From assembly GCA_030428205.1 (NCBI GenBank), contig JAUIBK010000001.1, positions 199,966 to 263,965 of the forward strand: 64,000 nucleotides of DNA, written 5' to 3'. Origin of the DNA: a bacterium (lineage in GTDB: Bacteria; Bdellovibrionota_C; UBA2361; RFPC01). The position numbers and the translations under genes were made by a program. The notes under the pieces are model-generated. The model saw only the letters and a list, made by a program, of their open reading frames with translations. It did no database searches and was not told the origin of the DNA. Of the stretch, positions 22,691 through 34,797 are shown piece after piece (position 1 is the first letter of the stretch; every line of letters starts with the position of its first letter).

Positions 22691-23161
22691 ATGTCGCGCA
22701 AGAGTAAGGATTACGTTCGAGCTATCCTCCCTGATCCAAAGTTTGGCGATATGCTCGTAGCCAAAACGGTGAATACCCTCATGATGCACGGAAAGAAGAG
22801 CACCGCTGAGCGCGCTCTTTATTCTGCGCTTGATACCGTTGGCGAGCGTTCGAAAAAAGATCCTATTGAAGTTTTTCACAAAGCCATTGAAAACATCCGA
22901 CCGGTTGTAGAAGTACGTTCTCGCCGTGTTGGTGGTGCTACGTACCAGGTTCCTACTGAAGTCAGTGGGCGTCGGGCGCAAGCACTTGCTCTTCGTTGGC
23001 TTAAGACCGCAACAAAGTCACGTAGCGAACGCACGCTTGCAGAGCGTTTAGCTGGTGAGCTTATGGATGCGTTTGAAAACCGCGGAAACGCAGTTAAGAA
23101 ACGCGAAGATACACATAAAATGGCAGAAGCAAACAAGGCGTTCTCTCACTTCCGTTGGTAG
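22691..23161 (+). CDS. rpsG: 30S ribosomal protein S7
   Basis: [27 protein letters not shown]. Confidence 0.99.
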   Translation: MSRKSKDYVRAILPDPKFGDMLVAKTVNTLMMHGKKSTAERALYSALDTVGERSKKDPIEVFHKAIENIRPVVEVRSRRVGGATYQVPTEVSGRRAQALALRWLKTATKSRSERTLAERLAGELMDAFENRGNAVKKREDTHKMAEANKAFSHFRW

Positions 23162-23197
23162 GAAGAGGGTAGGCTTAGTTTTTTGTAGAGTAACGAA

Positions 23198-25297
23198 GTG
23201 GCTAACCAAGATCTCACAAAAGTGCGAAATATCGGCATCATGGCACACATTGATGCTGGTAAGACGACCACTACCGAGAGGATCCTCTTTTACACGGGGA
23301 TCAACTACAAGATCGGTGAGGTGCATGATGGTGCGGCCACTATGGACTACATGGAACTTGAGCAAGAGCGTGGAATTACGATCACCTCTGCTGCGACTTC
23401 GTGTAAGTGGAGTGGTGGGGAAGGCCAGCTTCCTGAGCACGATATCAATATTATCGATACTCCAGGTCACGTTGATTTCACTATTGAGGTGGAGCGTAGC
23501 TTACGTGTTCTCGATGGGGCTGTAGCTGTTTTTGATGCGGTCAACGGTGTTGAGCCTCAATCTGAAACTGTTTGGCGACAAGCCACAAAGTTTGGTGTTC
23601 CACGCTTTTGTTTCATCAATAAGATGGATAAGACTGGAGCAAACTTTGAGTATGCCGTTAGCACTATCCGTGATCGTCTTGGAGCAAATGCTGTACCACT
23701 TCAGGTCATGATCGGCGCCGAAGGCGATCTTAAAGGTGTTATTGATCTCGTAGAAATGAAAGCCATTGTTTATCACGATGAGACAATGGGAGCGAAGTAC
23801 GATATCGAAGAAATTCCAGCTGAGTACGCTGATAAAGCTGCAAGTGCTAGGGATTATATGCTTGAGTCAATCGCTGAGTGCGATGAGGCTTTCATGGAGA
23901 AATATCTCGGTGGGGAAGAGCTCTCTGCTGATGAGATTCGAGCAACTATTCGTAAAGGTGTTCTCACCCGTGCTATTTTTCCTGTGTTAGGTGGAAGTGC
24001 TTTTAAGAACAAGGGGGTTCAGCCTCTTCTTGATGCAGTTGTTCACTACCTCCCATCACCACTTGAAGTCCCCCCAGTAAGTGGCTTTGCTCCAGACGAT
24101 ACAGAAGAGCAAACACCAATAACACTCGAAGCAAAGTCTGATGAGCCGTTCTCTGCGCTTGCTTTTAAGATCATTACGGACCCATACGTTGGTGTCCTTA
24201 CGTTCTTTCGAGTGTACTCAGGAACACTTGATGCTGGTTCAACAATTTTCAATGCTACCCGTGGTAAAAAAGAGCGTATCGGTCGTATCGTACGTATGCA
24301 TGCTGATAAGCGTGAAGAGGTCAAAACAATTAGCGCTGGAGATATTGGTGCGGCTGTTGGCCTTAAAGAAACGTACACTGGTGATACCATTTGCTCTATG
24401 GAGAAGCCGGTACTTCTTGAAAGTATTTATGCCCCAGAGCCTGTAATCGGTGTGGCGATTGAGCCGAAGTCGAAAGCGGATGAAGAGAAGATGGGCTTGG
24501 CTCTTATGAAGCTCTCAAAAGAAGACCCGTCACTACGCGTGCGCACAGATGAAGAGAGTGGCCAAACAATTATCGCTGGAATGGGTGAGCTTCACCTTGA
24601 TGTGATCAAGAGCCGCCTTGAGAGAGAATTTAGTGTCAACACAACCGTTGGTAAGCCTCAGGTTGCATATCGTGAGACCATTACGGCTCCAATGACTGAG
24701 CACGAGGTCAAATACGCCAAGCAAACAGGTGGTCGTGGTCAATTTGGACATGTCCATATCCGCTTTGAGCCACTAGAGGCCGGCGCGGGCTTTGAGTTTG
24801 TTGACGAGATTAAGGGTGGTGTGATTCCCAAAGAGTACATTCCTGCTGTGAAAAATGGTGTCGAAGAAGCTCTCAAAGGTGGGATCCTCGCTGGATACCC
24901 TGTCATTGATGTCAAGGCGACTCTCTACTACGGGAGTTTCCACGAAGTTGACTCAAGTGAAATGGCTTTTAAGATTGCTGGTTCGATGTGTACAAAAGAA
25001 GGCTGCCGTAAGGCTGGCATAAAACTTCTCGAGCCAGTGATGAAGGTTGAAGTAGTAAGTCCTGAAGAGTTCACAAGCAATGTAGTTGGTGATCTCAACA
25101 GAAGACGCGCTCGAATTCTTGGCATGGAGGCTCGTGCTGGTGCTCAGGTAGTAAAAGCTGAAGTACCTCTTGCTGAAATGTTTGGGTATGCAACAGATCT
25201 TCGTTCAAATTCTCAGGGACGTGCAAATTTTACGATGGAATATGACCACTATGGTGAGGTTCCGTCGCACGTATCTGAAAGTATTGCGGCGAAGTAG
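23198..25297 (+). CDS. fusA: Elongation factor G (intact, str operon)
   Basis: [21 protein letters not shown], full 699 aa. Confidence 0.99.
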   Translation: MANQDLTKVRNIGIMAHIDAGKTTTTERILFYTGINYKIGEVHDGAATMDYMELEQERGITITSAATSCKWSGGEGQLPEHDINIIDTPGHVDFTIEVERSLRVLDGAVAVFDAVNGVEPQSETVWRQATKFGVPRFCFINKMDKTGANFEYAVSTIRDRLGANAVPLQVMIGAEGDLKGVIDLVEMKAIVYHDETMGAKYDIEEIPAEYADKAASARDYMLESIAECDEAFMEKYLGGEELSADEIRATIRKGVLTRAIFPVLGGSAFKNKGVQPLLDAVVHYLPSPLEVPPVSGFAPDDTEEQTPITLEAKSDEPFSALAFKIITDPYVGVLTFFRVYSGTLDAGSTIFNATRGKKERIGRIVRMHADKREEVKTISAGDIGAAVGLKETYTGDTICSMEKPVLLESIYAPEPVIGVAIEPKSKADEEKMGLALMKLSKEDPSLRVRTDEESGQTIIAGMGELHLDVIKSRLEREFSVNTTVGKPQVAYRETITAPMTEHEVKYAKQTGGRGQFGHVHIRFEPLEAGAGFEFVDEIKGGVIPKEYIPAVKNGVEEALKGGILAGYPVIDVKATLYYGSFHEVDSSEMAFKIAGSMCTKEGCRKAGIKLLEPVMKVEVVSPEEFTSNVVGDLNRRRARILGMEARAGAQVVKAEVPLAEMFGYATDLRSNSQGRANFTMEYDHYGEVPSHVSESIAAK

Positions 25298-25387
25298 TTG
25301 CCAACATTTTGTATAGGTTTTTAAACGATTAGAGAAACTAAGTTTTTTTAACAGTGTATTGATAAGGAACGAATAAGGAACCTGAGT

Positions 25388-26584
25388 ATGGCTAAGGAAA
25401 AATTTGAAAGGACCAAGCCCCATGTAAACGTCGGAACCATCGGTCACGTTGACCACGGGAAGACGACGCTTACAGCCGCGCTCGTTAATACACAAGCGTC
25501 GCGAAGCCTTGCTCAAACATTGAGCTACAAGGATATCGCGAAAGGTGGAACAGAGCGTGATGAAACAAAGACGGTTACTATCGCAAGTGCTCACGTAGAG
25601 TACGAAACAGAAAACCGTCACTATGCACACGTTGACTGTCCGGGTCACGCCGACTACGTAAAGAACATGATTACGGGTGCTGCTCAAATGGACGGAGCGA
25701 TCCTCGTAGTAAGTGCTGCTGATGGTCCGATGCCACAGACTCGTGAGCACATCCTTCTTGCTCGTCAGGTTGGTGTTCCAAAGATTGTTGTTTTCTTGAA
25801 CAAAGTTGACATCGTTGACGACGAAGAACTTCTTGAGCTTGTTGAAATGGAAGTTCGTGATCTTCTCAACGAATACGGATTCCCAGGAGACGATACTCCA
25901 ATCATCAAGGGAAGTGCTCTTAAGGCTCTTAACGGAGATGATGATGATCTCGGTATTGGTAGTATCGATCGCCTTCTTGCGACTATTGATGAGTACGTAC
26001 CAGTCCCTGAGCGTGATGTTGACAAGACATTCCTTATGCCTGTGGAAGACGTTTTCTCAATTGAAGGTCGTGGTACTGTTGCTACAGGGCGTATCGAGCG
26101 TGGTGTTGTTAAGGTTGGTGAAGAAATTGAAATCATCGGTCTTCGTGACACACAAAAGACAACTGTTACAGGTGTAGAAATGTTCCGTAAGCTCCTCGAT
26201 CAAGGGGAAGCTGGTGACAACGTTGGACTCCTCCTTCGTGGTCTCAAGCGGGACGAAATTGAGCGTGGTCAAGTTATTGCTAAGCCAGGTTCAATTACTC
26301 CTCACAAGAAGTTTAAAGGTGAGGCGTATATCCTTAAGAAGGAAGAAGGTGGACGACACAAGCCTTTCTTCACTGGATACCGTCCTCAGTTTTATTTCCG
26401 AACAACGGACGTTACAGGATCCATCAAGCTCCCTGACGGAGTAGAGATGGCTATGCCTGGTGACAACATCACGGTTGAAGTTGAGCTTCACCAAGCTATC
26501 GCGATGGAGAAGCAAGTTCGCTTTGCTATCCGTGAAGGTGGCCGAACAGTAGGTTCTGGTGTTGTTTCTGAGGTAATTGAGTAG
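25388..26584 (+). CDS. tuf: Elongation factor Tu (atypical switch I)
   Basis: [36 protein letters not shown]. Confidence 0.99.
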   Translation: MAKEKFERTKPHVNVGTIGHVDHGKTTLTAALVNTQASRSLAQTLSYKDIAKGGTERDETKTVTIASAHVEYETENRHYAHVDCPGHADYVKNMITGAAQMDGAILVVSAADGPMPQTREHILLARQVGVPKIVVFLNKVDIVDDEELLELVEMEVRDLLNEYGFPGDDTPIIKGSALKALNGDDDDLGIGSIDRLLATIDEYVPVPERDVDKTFLMPVEDVFSIEGRGTVATGRIERGVVKVGEEIEIIGLRDTQKTTVTGVEMFRKLLDQGEAGDNVGLLLRGLKRDEIERGQVIAKPGSITPHKKFKGEAYILKKEEGGRHKPFFTGYRPQFYFRTTDVTGSIKLPDGVEMAMPGDNITVEVELHQAIAMEKQVRFAIREGGRTVGSGVVSEVIE

Positions 26585-26672
26585 TTCAGACACCCATCAA
26601 GAGAAAGCAGCTGGGAGTGTAAAAACTCCCAGCCTCGCTTTCACAAAATGGGACTGAGAAAGGGAAGAAAAG

Positions 26673-26987
26673 ATGCTAGGCGGTCAGCTGATTCGCATAC
26701 GACTTAAGGGGTACGACCACAAGCTTCTCGATACAGCAGTGACGGAGATCGTCTCTACTGTTCGACGAACTGGAGGAAGGGTTGCAGGGCCAATCCCTCT
26801 TCCGACCCGTGTTGAGAAATACACAGTAAACCGGTCGACCTTTGTTGATAAGAAGTCACGAGAGCAGTTCGAGATTCGAACGCACAAAAGACTTCTCGAC
26901 ATCCTTGAGCCGACGCAACAGACAATTGATGAACTTGGAAAACTAGAGCTTTCAACGGGTATTGACGTTGAAATTAAGCTCCAGTAA
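26673..26987 (+). CDS. rpsJ: 30S ribosomal protein S10
   Basis: [29 protein letters not shown]. Confidence 0.98.
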   Translation: MLGGQLIRIRLKGYDHKLLDTAVTEIVSTVRRTGGRVAGPIPLPTRVEKYTVNRSTFVDKKSREQFEIRTHKRLLDILEPTQQTIDELGKLELSTGIDVEIKLQ

Positions 26988-27023
26988 ACGAGTCGTCCAC
27001 GAGAGCGTGGAGTTTTTGAAGAT

Positions 27024-27719
27024 ATGAGTAATAAGAAGCTTTATCCAGAAGGGTTGCTTGGAAAAAAAGTGGGTATGACCCAAGTCTTTACAGACGACGG
27101 GAAGTGCCTACCTGTGACAGCTATCGAGGTTGGTCCTTGTGTTGTCCTCCAAGTAAAGAACCAAGAGCGTGACGGATATGATGCAGTGCAGATTGGATTC
27201 GGTCCAAAAAAACAACAGCGCGTCAACAAGTCACAACTCGGTCACTTTAGCAAAGCAGGAAGTGGGTCATTCTACCACGTACAAGAAGTGCGTTGTGATG
27301 TAGATGCACTTGGGTGGAATGAGCTCGGCAAAGAGCTTAGCGTTGCTGATGTCTTCAATGATGGAGACAAGGTGGACGTCTCAGGTGTTTCGAAGGGACG
27401 TGGTTTCTCTGGTGTGGTTCGTCGCTTTAATGTAGCAGGCCAGCCAGCATCACGTGGAACACACGAGAAGTTTAGAAACATCGGGTCTGTCGGTGCTTGT
27501 ACTTTTCCAGGTCGTATCTGGAAGAACCAGAAGATGCCAGGTCAGATGGGAAATAAGAAGGTAACCACACAAAACCTTAAGGTGGTTGGCGTTCGCCCAG
27601 ATGATAACGTCCTCCTCGTAAAAGGAGCCGTACCAGGCTCTAAGGGTGGACTCGTATTTATTCGCAAAGCCCGTAAAAAATACGCCGGTGTGCAAAAACA
27701 GGAATCTCAAGCAGCGTAA
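27024..27719 (+). CDS. rplC: 50S ribosomal protein L3
   Basis: [25 protein letters not shown]. Confidence 0.98.
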   Translation: MSNKKLYPEGLLGKKVGMTQVFTDDGKCLPVTAIEVGPCVVLQVKNQERDGYDAVQIGFGPKKQQRVNKSQLGHFSKAGSGSFYHVQEVRCDVDALGWNELGKELSVADVFNDGDKVDVSGVSKGRGFSGVVRRFNVAGQPASRGTHEKFRNIGSVGACTFPGRIWKNQKMPGQMGNKKVTTQNLKVVGVRPDDNVLLVKGAVPGSKGGLVFIRKARKKYAGVQKQESQAA

Positions 27720-27743
27720 TTTCTGCGAGAGGGAGAGAGAACG

Positions 27744-28403
27744 ATGACAAGTGTTCAGGTAGCAGTAAAAGATATGAACGGTAAAGAGGTCGGCAAGCTC
27801 GATCTCGATCCTACCGTGTTTGCCTCTGAGAGTGACCCTTCGTTGGTTCATGCGACAGTTCGTTGGCAGCGTGCCAAGAAGCGAGCAGGAACACACTCTG
27901 CGCTCACTCGTGGGCAGATGAAGCGAAGTGATGCAAAGCCTCACAAGCAGAAAGGGACTGGCCGTGCTCGTGCGGGGTCACGAAACTCGCCTCTTTGGGT
28001 TGGTGGAGCTGTTATTCACGGACCACAACCTCGGAGCTATGATTTTCGCTTGCCAAAACGCACACGCCGTCAGGCGATGGCTTCTGTGTTGAGCGACAAA
28101 GTGCGCGCTGAGCGCCTTGTTATTCTCGATAGCCTTGCTATTGAGTCTGGTAAGACGAAAGACATGGCAGCTGTACTGAAGAAGCTTGGTGTTTCTGAGA
28201 AGTCTGCGGCAATCATGCTCCCTGAAGCAGAAGAGAACGTTTGGCGTTCAAGCAAAAACATCAAGGGCGTTAAATCCCTTCCTGTTTCTGGTGCAAACGT
28301 TTACGACCTTTTGAATCATCACTATCTTGTAGGTACGAAGGACGCCATCCTCGCACTTCAAGATCGTGTCATGCAGAAGAAGAGTGAAGCGGCTGCGGAG
28401 TAA
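27744..28403 (+). CDS. rplD: 50S ribosomal protein L4
   Basis: KQKGTGRARAGS, HGPQPR. Confidence 0.98.
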   Translation: MTSVQVAVKDMNGKEVGKLDLDPTVFASESDPSLVHATVRWQRAKKRAGTHSALTRGQMKRSDAKPHKQKGTGRARAGSRNSPLWVGGAVIHGPQPRSYDFRLPKRTRRQAMASVLSDKVRAERLVILDSLAIESGKTKDMAAVLKKLGVSEKSAAIMLPEAEENVWRSSKNIKGVKSLPVSGANVYDLLNHHYLVGTKDAILALQDRVMQKKSEAAAE

Positions 28404-28434
28404 GAGTCTAAAGAGTTTTTAGAGCGAGAGAAAA

Positions 28435-28755
28435 ATGGCAAAGGCAAAACAAACATCGGAAGCGAGCGTTCAAGACTACGCTGCGATTGTAAAGCCCCTC
28501 ATCACCGAGAAGAGTTCTATTATTGGTGGAGATGGAAGTAAGGTTGTATTCGAGGTCGCTCGTACAGCGAGTAAGCACGATATTCAACGTGCTATCGAGC
28601 ACATCTTTGATGTTGAGGTTGACTCGATTCGTACAATGAATTACCTCGGCAAGCTCCGTCGTCGTGGAAATAAAGTTGGCCGCACGGCAAGCTTTAAGAA
28701 AGCGTACGTGAAGCTCAAGCCTGGACAAACAATTGATATTGTCGAAGGGCTGTAG
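28435..28755 (+). CDS. rplW: 50S ribosomal protein L23
   Basis: PLITEKS, KKAYVKL; synteny. Confidence 0.97.
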   Translation: MAKAKQTSEASVQDYAAIVKPLITEKSSIIGGDGSKVVFEVARTASKHDIQRAIEHIFDVEVDSIRTMNYLGKLRRRGNKVGRTASFKKAYVKLKPGQTIDIVEGL

Positions 28756-28795
28756 AACTTACTCGGTAGGTGAATCTTAAGAAAGGAAGATAACC

Positions 28796-29629
28796 ATGGC
28801 GTTAAAAAGATTTAAACCAATTACTCCCGGACGACGTTACTACACCGTTGCCGATTTTTCTGAGCTTTCGAAGAAGAAGCCTGAGCGCTCTCTGATCAAA
28901 AAGCAATCAAATACCGGTGGACGAAATAGTTCAGGGCGTATGACAAACATCAATATCGGTGGCGGACACAAGCGTCGTTACCGTGAGATTGATTTTGCTC
29001 GTAAGAAGCTTGGGGTACCGGGAAAAGTTGTTGCCATTGAGTACGATCCAAATCGCACGGCTCGTATTGCGCTCGTCAACTATAATGATGGTGAAAAGCG
29101 TTACATCCTTGCTCCTCACGGCCTCAAAGTTGGTGCAAAAATTGAAAATGGTCCAACAGCTGAGATTAAGCCGGGGAATGCTCTTCCTCTTGCGAACATC
29201 CCTCTTGGACAAGAGGTACACAATATTGAGCTCAAGCCAGGACACGGTGGACAAATTGTTCGCTCTGCTGGAACAAGTGCACAACTGGCGGCGAAAGAAG
29301 GTAAATATGCCACTCTTCGTCTCCCTTCTGGTGAGATGAGAAAAGTGCTCCTCACGTGTATGGCAACGATTGGTACCGTTGGAAACACTGAGCACCAAAA
29401 TATCAAGGTTGGTAAGGCGGGACGTTCTCGCTGGTTGAACAAGCGACCTCACACACGTGGTGTTGCGAAGAACCCAGTTGATCACCCAATGGGTGGTGGT
29501 GAAGGAAAGTCTGCTGGTGGACGCCATCCTTGTACACCAAATGGTGTCCCAACGAAGGGATACAAAACTCGTCGCAACAAACGTACAGACAAGTTTATTG
29601 TACGTCGGCGTTCGAAGAAGAAGAGATAA
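28796..29629 (+). CDS. rplB: 50S ribosomal protein L2
   Basis: [24 protein letters not shown]. Confidence 0.99.
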   Translation: MALKRFKPITPGRRYYTVADFSELSKKKPERSLIKKQSNTGGRNSSGRMTNINIGGGHKRRYREIDFARKKLGVPGKVVAIEYDPNRTARIALVNYNDGEKRYILAPHGLKVGAKIENGPTAEIKPGNALPLANIPLGQEVHNIELKPGHGGQIVRSAGTSAQLAAKEGKYATLRLPSGEMRKVLLTCMATIGTVGNTEHQNIKVGKAGRSRWLNKRPHTRGVAKNPVDHPMGGGEGKSAGGRHPCTPNGVPTKGYKTRRNKRTDKFIVRRRSKKKR

Positions 29630-29684
29630 TGTAAGGCGGATAGGAAATCCCTAAAGACAAAGAGATTTATCGGAGAGAGTAAGT

Positions 29685-29948
29685 ATGACACGTTCGTTGA
29701 AAAAAGGGCCTTTTGTTGATGATCACCTCCTGAAGTGGGTTGATCGTGCAAAGTCTGGTCAGCATAAAGGGCCAATAAAAACATGGTCGCGCCGTTCAAC
29801 TATTATCCCTGACATGATTGGGCTCACCTTTGCTGTGCATAATGGCAAGAAGTTTGTTCCAGTGTTTGTCACCGATAATATGGTTGGCCACAAGCTCGGC
29901 GAGTTTTCCCCGACACGACATTACACAGGCCATAACCAGAAGAAGTAG
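29685..29948 (+). CDS. rpsS: 30S ribosomal protein S19
   Basis: [23 protein letters not shown]. Confidence 0.99.
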   Translation: MTRSLKKGPFVDDHLLKWVDRAKSGQHKGPIKTWSRRSTIIPDMIGLTFAVHNGKKFVPVFVTDNMVGHKLGEFSPTRHYTGHNQKK

Positions 29949-29987
29949 AGTTTTTAGCAGCAACGTTGGTAGCTGGAGGATAATAAA

Positions 29988-30344
29988 GTGACTAAGCGAA
30001 ATGACGAAAAGACAGTAGCAAGCGCTACGTTACGCCACGTTCGAGTGTCTCCTCGTAAGGCGCGATTAATATTGAACATGATTAAAGGCAAGCAGATAGA
30101 GCCAGCTCTACAGATTTTGCAATTTAATCCTACAAAGGCAGCTGCGCTAACGCGTACGTTGCTCAAATCTGCTATTGCAAATGCACAAGAGAAGGGCACA
30201 GCAGATATCGATGATCTTTGGGTCACTGGTGGATACGTTGGAATGGGGAAAACGCTTCGCCGCTTTCTCCCTCGCGCACAAGGACGGGCTACTCCTATCC
30301 GGAAGCGTTCAGCACACATCACCGTTAAGCTTGGAGTTCGATAA
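29988..30344 (+). CDS. rplV: 50S ribosomal protein L22
   Basis: SPRKARL, PRAQGRA, HITV. Confidence 0.98.
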   Translation: MTKRNDEKTVASATLRHVRVSPRKARLILNMIKGKQIEPALQILQFNPTKAAALTRTLLKSAIANAQEKGTADIDDLWVTGGYVGMGKTLRRFLPRAQGRATPIRKRSAHITVKLGVR

Positions 30345-30380
30345 GTTTTTAAGATAAAGGCACTGCAAAGGACTTAAACT

Positions 30381-31046
30381 ATGGGTCAGAAAGTACATCC
30401 TTACGGTTTACGAGTTGGAGTCATTGAGACATGGAGATCTCGATGGTTTAGCGATTCGAAAGACTTCGCTCGGTATATTGGCGAAGATCGAGAGATTCGT
30501 GACTACGTAAAGAAAAAGCTGCAAAGTGCGGGTATCTCAAAAGTTGAGATCGAGCGTGCGGCTGCTAAGGTCAAGATTAATATCTTTTCTGCTAAGCCTG
30601 GTATTGTTATCGGGAAGAAAGGGAAGGATATCGAAGAGTTACGCACGAAGCTCCGCTCTCTCGTACAGCGCGATATTAGCCTCAATATCATTGAAGCTCG
30701 TAAGGCTGATATGGATGCTCAGCTCGTTGCGGAGAATATCGCTTTTCAACTTTCTCGCCGGGTGAATTTTCGCCGTGCCATGAAAGATGCCGTATCTCGT
30801 GCTCGCCGTGTTGGCGCAGAGGGGATTAAGGTTTCTGTTTCTGGTAGATTGAACGGAGCTGATATCGCTCGTACGGAGCAATATAAAGAGGGACGTATTC
30901 CTCTACATACACTCCGTGCTGAAATTGATTACGGATTTGCGGAAGCACTTACCACCTACGGTATTCTCGGCGTCAAGACATGGGTCTTTAAAGGCGAGAA
31001 GTTTGAAGAGGGTGAGTACGTTCCTGTTGAAGCGATGCAATTATAG
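30381..31046 (+). CDS. rpsC: 30S ribosomal protein S3
   Basis: [25 protein letters not shown]. Confidence 0.99.
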   Translation: MGQKVHPYGLRVGVIETWRSRWFSDSKDFARYIGEDREIRDYVKKKLQSAGISKVEIERAAAKVKINIFSAKPGIVIGKKGKDIEELRTKLRSLVQRDISLNIIEARKADMDAQLVAENIAFQLSRRVNFRRAMKDAVSRARRVGAEGIKVSVSGRLNGADIARTEQYKEGRIPLHTLRAEIDYGFAEALTTYGILGVKTWVFKGEKFEEGEYVPVEAMQL

Positions 31047-31094
31047 TTCAACTGGAACGGGAAAGAGGAAGAAGCTCTAACGTAAGAGGACATT

Positions 31095-31520
31095 ATGCAA
31101 CAGCCGAGAAAGACGAAATACCGAAAGACAATGAAGCAAGTCGACAAGATTCGCGGTACAGCGAGTCGTGGAGCGGAGCTTTCTTTCGGGGAAGTAGCGC
31201 TACGAGCCAAAGAAGGTGGTTGGATCTCTGCTCGTCAGATTGAAGCTGGTCGTGTTGCCGCGACTCGTCACATGAAGCGAGGTGGAAAGCTTTTCATCCG
31301 AGTTTTTGCTGATAAGCCTGTGACATCAAAACCTGCTGAAACTCGTATGGGAAAGGGGAAAGGTTCTCCAGAGAAGTGGGTCGCAACAGTGCAATCTGGA
31401 CGTGTGATCTATGAGATTACTGGTGTTGCACCAAAAGTTGCTCGACGTGCACTTGAACTTGCTGCATCAAAGATGCCTGTGAAGTGTGCTGTCGTAGAAA
31501 GAAAGAAGACGATTTTATAA
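31095..31520 (+). CDS. rplP: 50S ribosomal protein L16
   Basis: [12 protein letters not shown]. Confidence 0.98.
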   Translation: MQQPRKTKYRKTMKQVDKIRGTASRGAELSFGEVALRAKEGGWISARQIEAGRVAATRHMKRGGKLFIRVFADKPVTSKPAETRMGKGKGSPEKWVATVQSGRVIYEITGVAPKVARRALELAASKMPVKCAVVERKKTIL

Positions 31521-31557
31521 ACAACGAAAAAGTGTTCGCTCAACGGACGAGGACGAT

Positions 31558-31764
31558 ATGAAAAAGAGTGATACGTTAGCAGAACTAAAAGCTATGTCAG
31601 ATGAGGAGCTGAAGGCAAAAGCTCGTGAGCTTGGTAATGAGCTTATGAGACTCCGTTTTCGTAAGGCTTCTGGCCAACTTGAGCAAGTGAATCTTCTCAG
31701 TGAAGCAAAGAGAACACTCGCACAAGCAAAGACACTTTTAACTGAGCGAAGTGCTGCTGCTTAG
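31558..31764 (+). CDS. rpmC: 50S ribosomal protein L29
   Basis: ELMRLRFRKASGQLE; synteny. Confidence 0.95.
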   Translation: MKKSDTLAELKAMSDEELKAKARELGNELMRLRFRKASGQLEQVNLLSEAKRTLAQAKTLLTERSAAA

Positions 31765-31796
31765 GTAACGACTGATTTTTGTGAGGAATGAATACC

Positions 31797-32084
31797 ATGG
31801 ATGTAACGGAAGCAAGTAAGCCCAAAGAAAAGAAGCGAGGGCTTCCCAAAACACGAGAAGGTGTTGTTGTCAGCGACAAGATGAGTAAGACCATCGTTGT
31901 TGCTATCAAGCAACTTGTGCGTCATCGCGAATACAAAAAGTACATTCGAGTGACGAAGAAATATAAAGCTCATGATGAGCGAAACGAAGCAAAGGTTGGC
32001 GATACGGTACGTATCGTTGAAACGCGTCCGCTCAGCAAAGATAAGCGCTGGCGCATGCAAGAGGTGCTCGTAAAAGCTGTGTAG
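31797..32084 (+). CDS. rpsQ: 30S ribosomal protein S17
   Basis: [22 protein letters not shown]; start chosen from RBS spacing (alternative 31788). Confidence 0.97.
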   Translation: MDVTEASKPKEKKRGLPKTREGVVVSDKMSKTIVVAIKQLVRHREYKKYIRVTKKYKAHDERNEAKVGDTVRIVETRPLSKDKRWRMQEVLVKAV

Positions 32085-32132
32085 CTTCTACGAGGTGTAA
32101 TTGAGAGAAGTTTTAACTCAGGAGCGAGGATC

Positions 32133-32501
32133 ATGATTCAGGTACAGTCGGTGTTGAACATTGCGGACAACTCTGGCGCAAGAAAAGCCATCTGCATTAA
32201 AGTGCTCGGTGGCTCAAAGCGTCGCTATGCCAGTGTTGGGGATGTTGTTGTTGTTGCCGTGCGTGAGGCGATGCCAAACTCAAAGATCTCCAAAGGCTCG
32301 GTTCAAAAGGCAGTTATTGTACGAACTGCCAAAGAGCTTCGAAGAGAAGATGGCTCTTACATTCGTTTTGATGACAACAGTGCTGTTCTCATCAATCAGC
32401 AAAAAGAGCCACTTGGAACACGTATTTTTGGACCCGTTGCTCGTGAGCTACGTGCAGCACGTTTTATGAAGATCGTCTCCCTTGCGCCGGAGGTGCTCTA
32501 A
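32133..32501 (+). CDS. rplN: 50S ribosomal protein L14
   Basis: [29 protein letters not shown]. Confidence 0.99.
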   Translation: MIQVQSVLNIADNSGARKAICIKVLGGSKRRYASVGDVVVVAVREAMPNSKISKGSVQKAVIVRTAKELRREDGSYIRFDDNSAVLINQQKEPLGTRIFGPVARELRAARFMKIVSLAPEVL

Positions 32502-32542
32502 ACCATCCCTCAAGGGAAGAGTTTTTTAGTAGAGAGTTTATT

Positions 32543-32935
32543 ATGGCTACAAAAAAGAAAACATCACGAGCTCCACGCAGAGTTAATTCAGCACTCAAGT
32601 CAGGCGACTTAGTGATGGTGATTGCTGGTGGGCACAAAGAGAAGCGACCGAATAAAGGCAAAGTGGCGAAAATCCTTCGTTTTGAAGGAAAGAAGAAAGA
32701 CCGCGTTGTACTCGAAGGAGTAAACATGGTTACTCGTCACCAGCGCGCAACACAACCGGGTCAACAAGGTGGGAAAATCCAGAAAGAAGCCGCGATCCAT
32801 ATTTCGAACGTGATGTATTACGTTGAAGAGCTCAAGAAGCCTGTGCGACTCAAGCACCAGTTTCTTGATGATGGCACTAAGGTGCGAGGATACCTCCACC
32901 CAGAAAAGAATGAGTTTGTACAATTAGCGTCATAA
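32543..32935 (+). CDS. rplX: 50S ribosomal protein L24
   Basis: KOW motif GDLVMVIAG, EAAIHISNV. Confidence 0.97.
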   Translation: MATKKKTSRAPRRVNSALKSGDLVMVIAGGHKEKRPNKGKVAKILRFEGKKKDRVVLEGVNMVTRHQRATQPGQQGGKIQKEAAIHISNVMYYVEELKKPVRLKHQFLDDGTKVRGYLHPEKNEFVQLAS

Positions 32936-32963
32936 GAACGGCTAAGGAAGGAGAGGAGCGAAC

Positions 32964-33506
32964 ATGAACCGTGTTCAAAAACGATTCGAAGAAGAAGGCG
33001 TAGGAAAACTTAAGGAGCGTTTTAAGTACTCTACCGTCATGCAGGTACCACGCCTTAAGAAGATAGTCCTCAACTGTGGAGTTGGTGAGGGCGTGCAAAA
33101 TGGGAAAGCACTTGATTACGCCACCTACGCACTTGAGCGCATTAGTGGCCAAAAGCCAGTGATAACCCGTGCGAAGAAGTCGATTGCGACCTTTAAGCTC
33201 CGTACAGGAATGCCTATCGGAACAAAAGTAACCCTCCGCGGCCAAAGAATGTACGATTTTCTTGATCGCCTTATTGCCGTTGCGCTTCCTCGAGTACGTG
33301 ACTTTCGCGGTACTCCGAAGAAGGGGTTTGACGGGCGAGGGAACTACACACTTGGGATTAAAGAGCAGATTGTATTTCCTGAAGTGAACCTCGATAAGCT
33401 CGATAAGATTCGTGGAATGGATGTAACATTTGTTACCTCAGCTCAATCCGACGAAGAGGGGCGAGCCCTCATGGAAGAGCTTGGTATGCCATTTCGTAAG
33501 CAGTAA
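32964..33506 (+). CDS. rplE: 50S ribosomal protein L5
   Basis: [19 protein letters not shown]. Confidence 0.99.
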   Translation: MNRVQKRFEEEGVGKLKERFKYSTVMQVPRLKKIVLNCGVGEGVQNGKALDYATYALERISGQKPVITRAKKSIATFKLRTGMPIGTKVTLRGQRMYDFLDRLIAVALPRVRDFRGTPKKGFDGRGNYTLGIKEQIVFPEVNLDKLDKIRGMDVTFVTSAQSDEEGRALMEELGMPFRKQ

Positions 33507-33558
33507 GTTTTTATTTGTAAAGTTTGTAAGAGAGACGTAACCGGAAAGGAGAACGTTT

Positions 33559-33744
33559 GTGGCAAAGAAGTCGATTTTAGTAAAATGTGCACGTCAATCG
33601 AAGTTTAAAGTTCGAAACTACACCCGTTGCCAGGTGTGTGGGCGTCCACGTTCTGTTTACCGTAAGTTTATGCTTTGCCGGATTTGTTTCCGTGAGCATG
33701 CTCACCGTGGACTTATTCCAGGTGTAACAAAGTCGAGCTGGTAA
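33559..33744 (+). CDS. rpsZ: 30S ribosomal protein S14, Zn-binding type Z
   Basis: 61 aa, CQVCGR...[12 protein letters not shown]. Confidence 0.97.
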   Translation: MAKKSILVKCARQSKFKVRNYTRCQVCGRPRSVYRKFMLCRICFREHAHRGLIPGVTKSSW

Positions 33745-33777
33745 GCGCGAAAAGTTTTTTGGGCGAGGAAAAAAGAA

Positions 33778-34179
33778 ATGATAACTGATCCAATTGCAGA
33801 CCTTTTGACAAGAGTTCGAAATGCACAACGTGCCGGGCACTACACGGTTCGTATTCGCAAGTCGAATATGGCGGAACGAATTCTTCGTGTACTCAAAGAC
33901 GAAGGGTTTATTTCAGAGTTTGAAGTAAAGCAGAACGAAGACTCTCCCTTTGAAGAGTTTGAAGCACGCCTGAAGTACACCAGTACTGGCGCGCCAATGA
34001 TTCAAGAAGCACGACGTGCAAGCCGTCCTGGACGACGCATGTATGCTCGTGGAGAAGAGCTTCCCCAGATTCACCGTGGTCTTGGAATTGCTCTTATCTC
34101 TACTTCCGAGGGAGTAATGTCAGATCGAGCTGCTCGACAAAAGAAGATTGGAGGAGAAGTTCTCGCATACATCGGCTAA
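33778..34179 (+). CDS. rpsH: 30S ribosomal protein S8
   Basis: DPIADLLTRVRNA, SRPGRRMY, GGEVL. Confidence 0.98.
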   Translation: MITDPIADLLTRVRNAQRAGHYTVRIRKSNMAERILRVLKDEGFISEFEVKQNEDSPFEEFEARLKYTSTGAPMIQEARRASRPGRRMYARGEELPQIHRGLGIALISTSEGVMSDRAARQKKIGGEVLAYIG

Positions 34180-34230
34180 ATGCCGCTAGAGAGCTTTGTG
34201 AAGTCTACGTAGAACGTAAGGAATATTGAG

Positions 34231-34767
34231 ATGTCTCGTGTAGGAAAACAACCAGTTGCTATCCCATCAGGTGTGAAAGTGGCTGTAAACGCTGGAGTCG
34301 TTTCTGTTGAAGGGCCAAAGGGAAAGCTCGAGCAGCGCGTCCTTCCTTTCATTGAAGCTTCTGTTGAAAATGATGAGGTTGTCCTCGCTAAGAAAGGCAA
34401 CACGAAGCAAGCTGCAGCAAACTGGGGTACAACCCGTTCTCTTGTTTCCAACATGGTTCAAGGGGTAACAGAAGGTTGGACGAAGTCGCTTGAGCTCCAT
34501 GGAGTTGGGTTTGTTGCTCAGATGAAGGGTGATGTGATTACTCTCGCAACTGGTTACTCACACAAAACAGACGTAAAGGTTCCAGCGATTGTGCAAGCAA
34601 AAGTTGATAAGCAAAAAATCGATTTAGAATCGTGCGATCGTCAAGCGGTTGGGGAGCTAGCTGCAACACTTCGCGCTGTTTGTCCACCAGAGCCGTACCT
34701 TGGAAAAGGTGTGCGATACGCAGGAGAAGCTGTGCGTCGTAAAGCTGGTAAGGCTGGAGCGAAGTAA
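34231..34767 (+). CDS. rplF: 50S ribosomal protein L6
   Basis: MSRVGKQPV, PEPYLGKGVRY. Confidence 0.98.
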   Translation: MSRVGKQPVAIPSGVKVAVNAGVVSVEGPKGKLEQRVLPFIEASVENDEVVLAKKGNTKQAAANWGTTRSLVSNMVQGVTEGWTKSLELHGVGFVAQMKGDVITLATGYSHKTDVKVPAIVQAKVDKQKIDLESCDRQAVGELAATLRAVCPPEPYLGKGVRYAGEAVRRKAGKAGAK

Positions 34768-34797
34768 GACGAGGCGAGTTTTAAGAGGAAGAATTCC

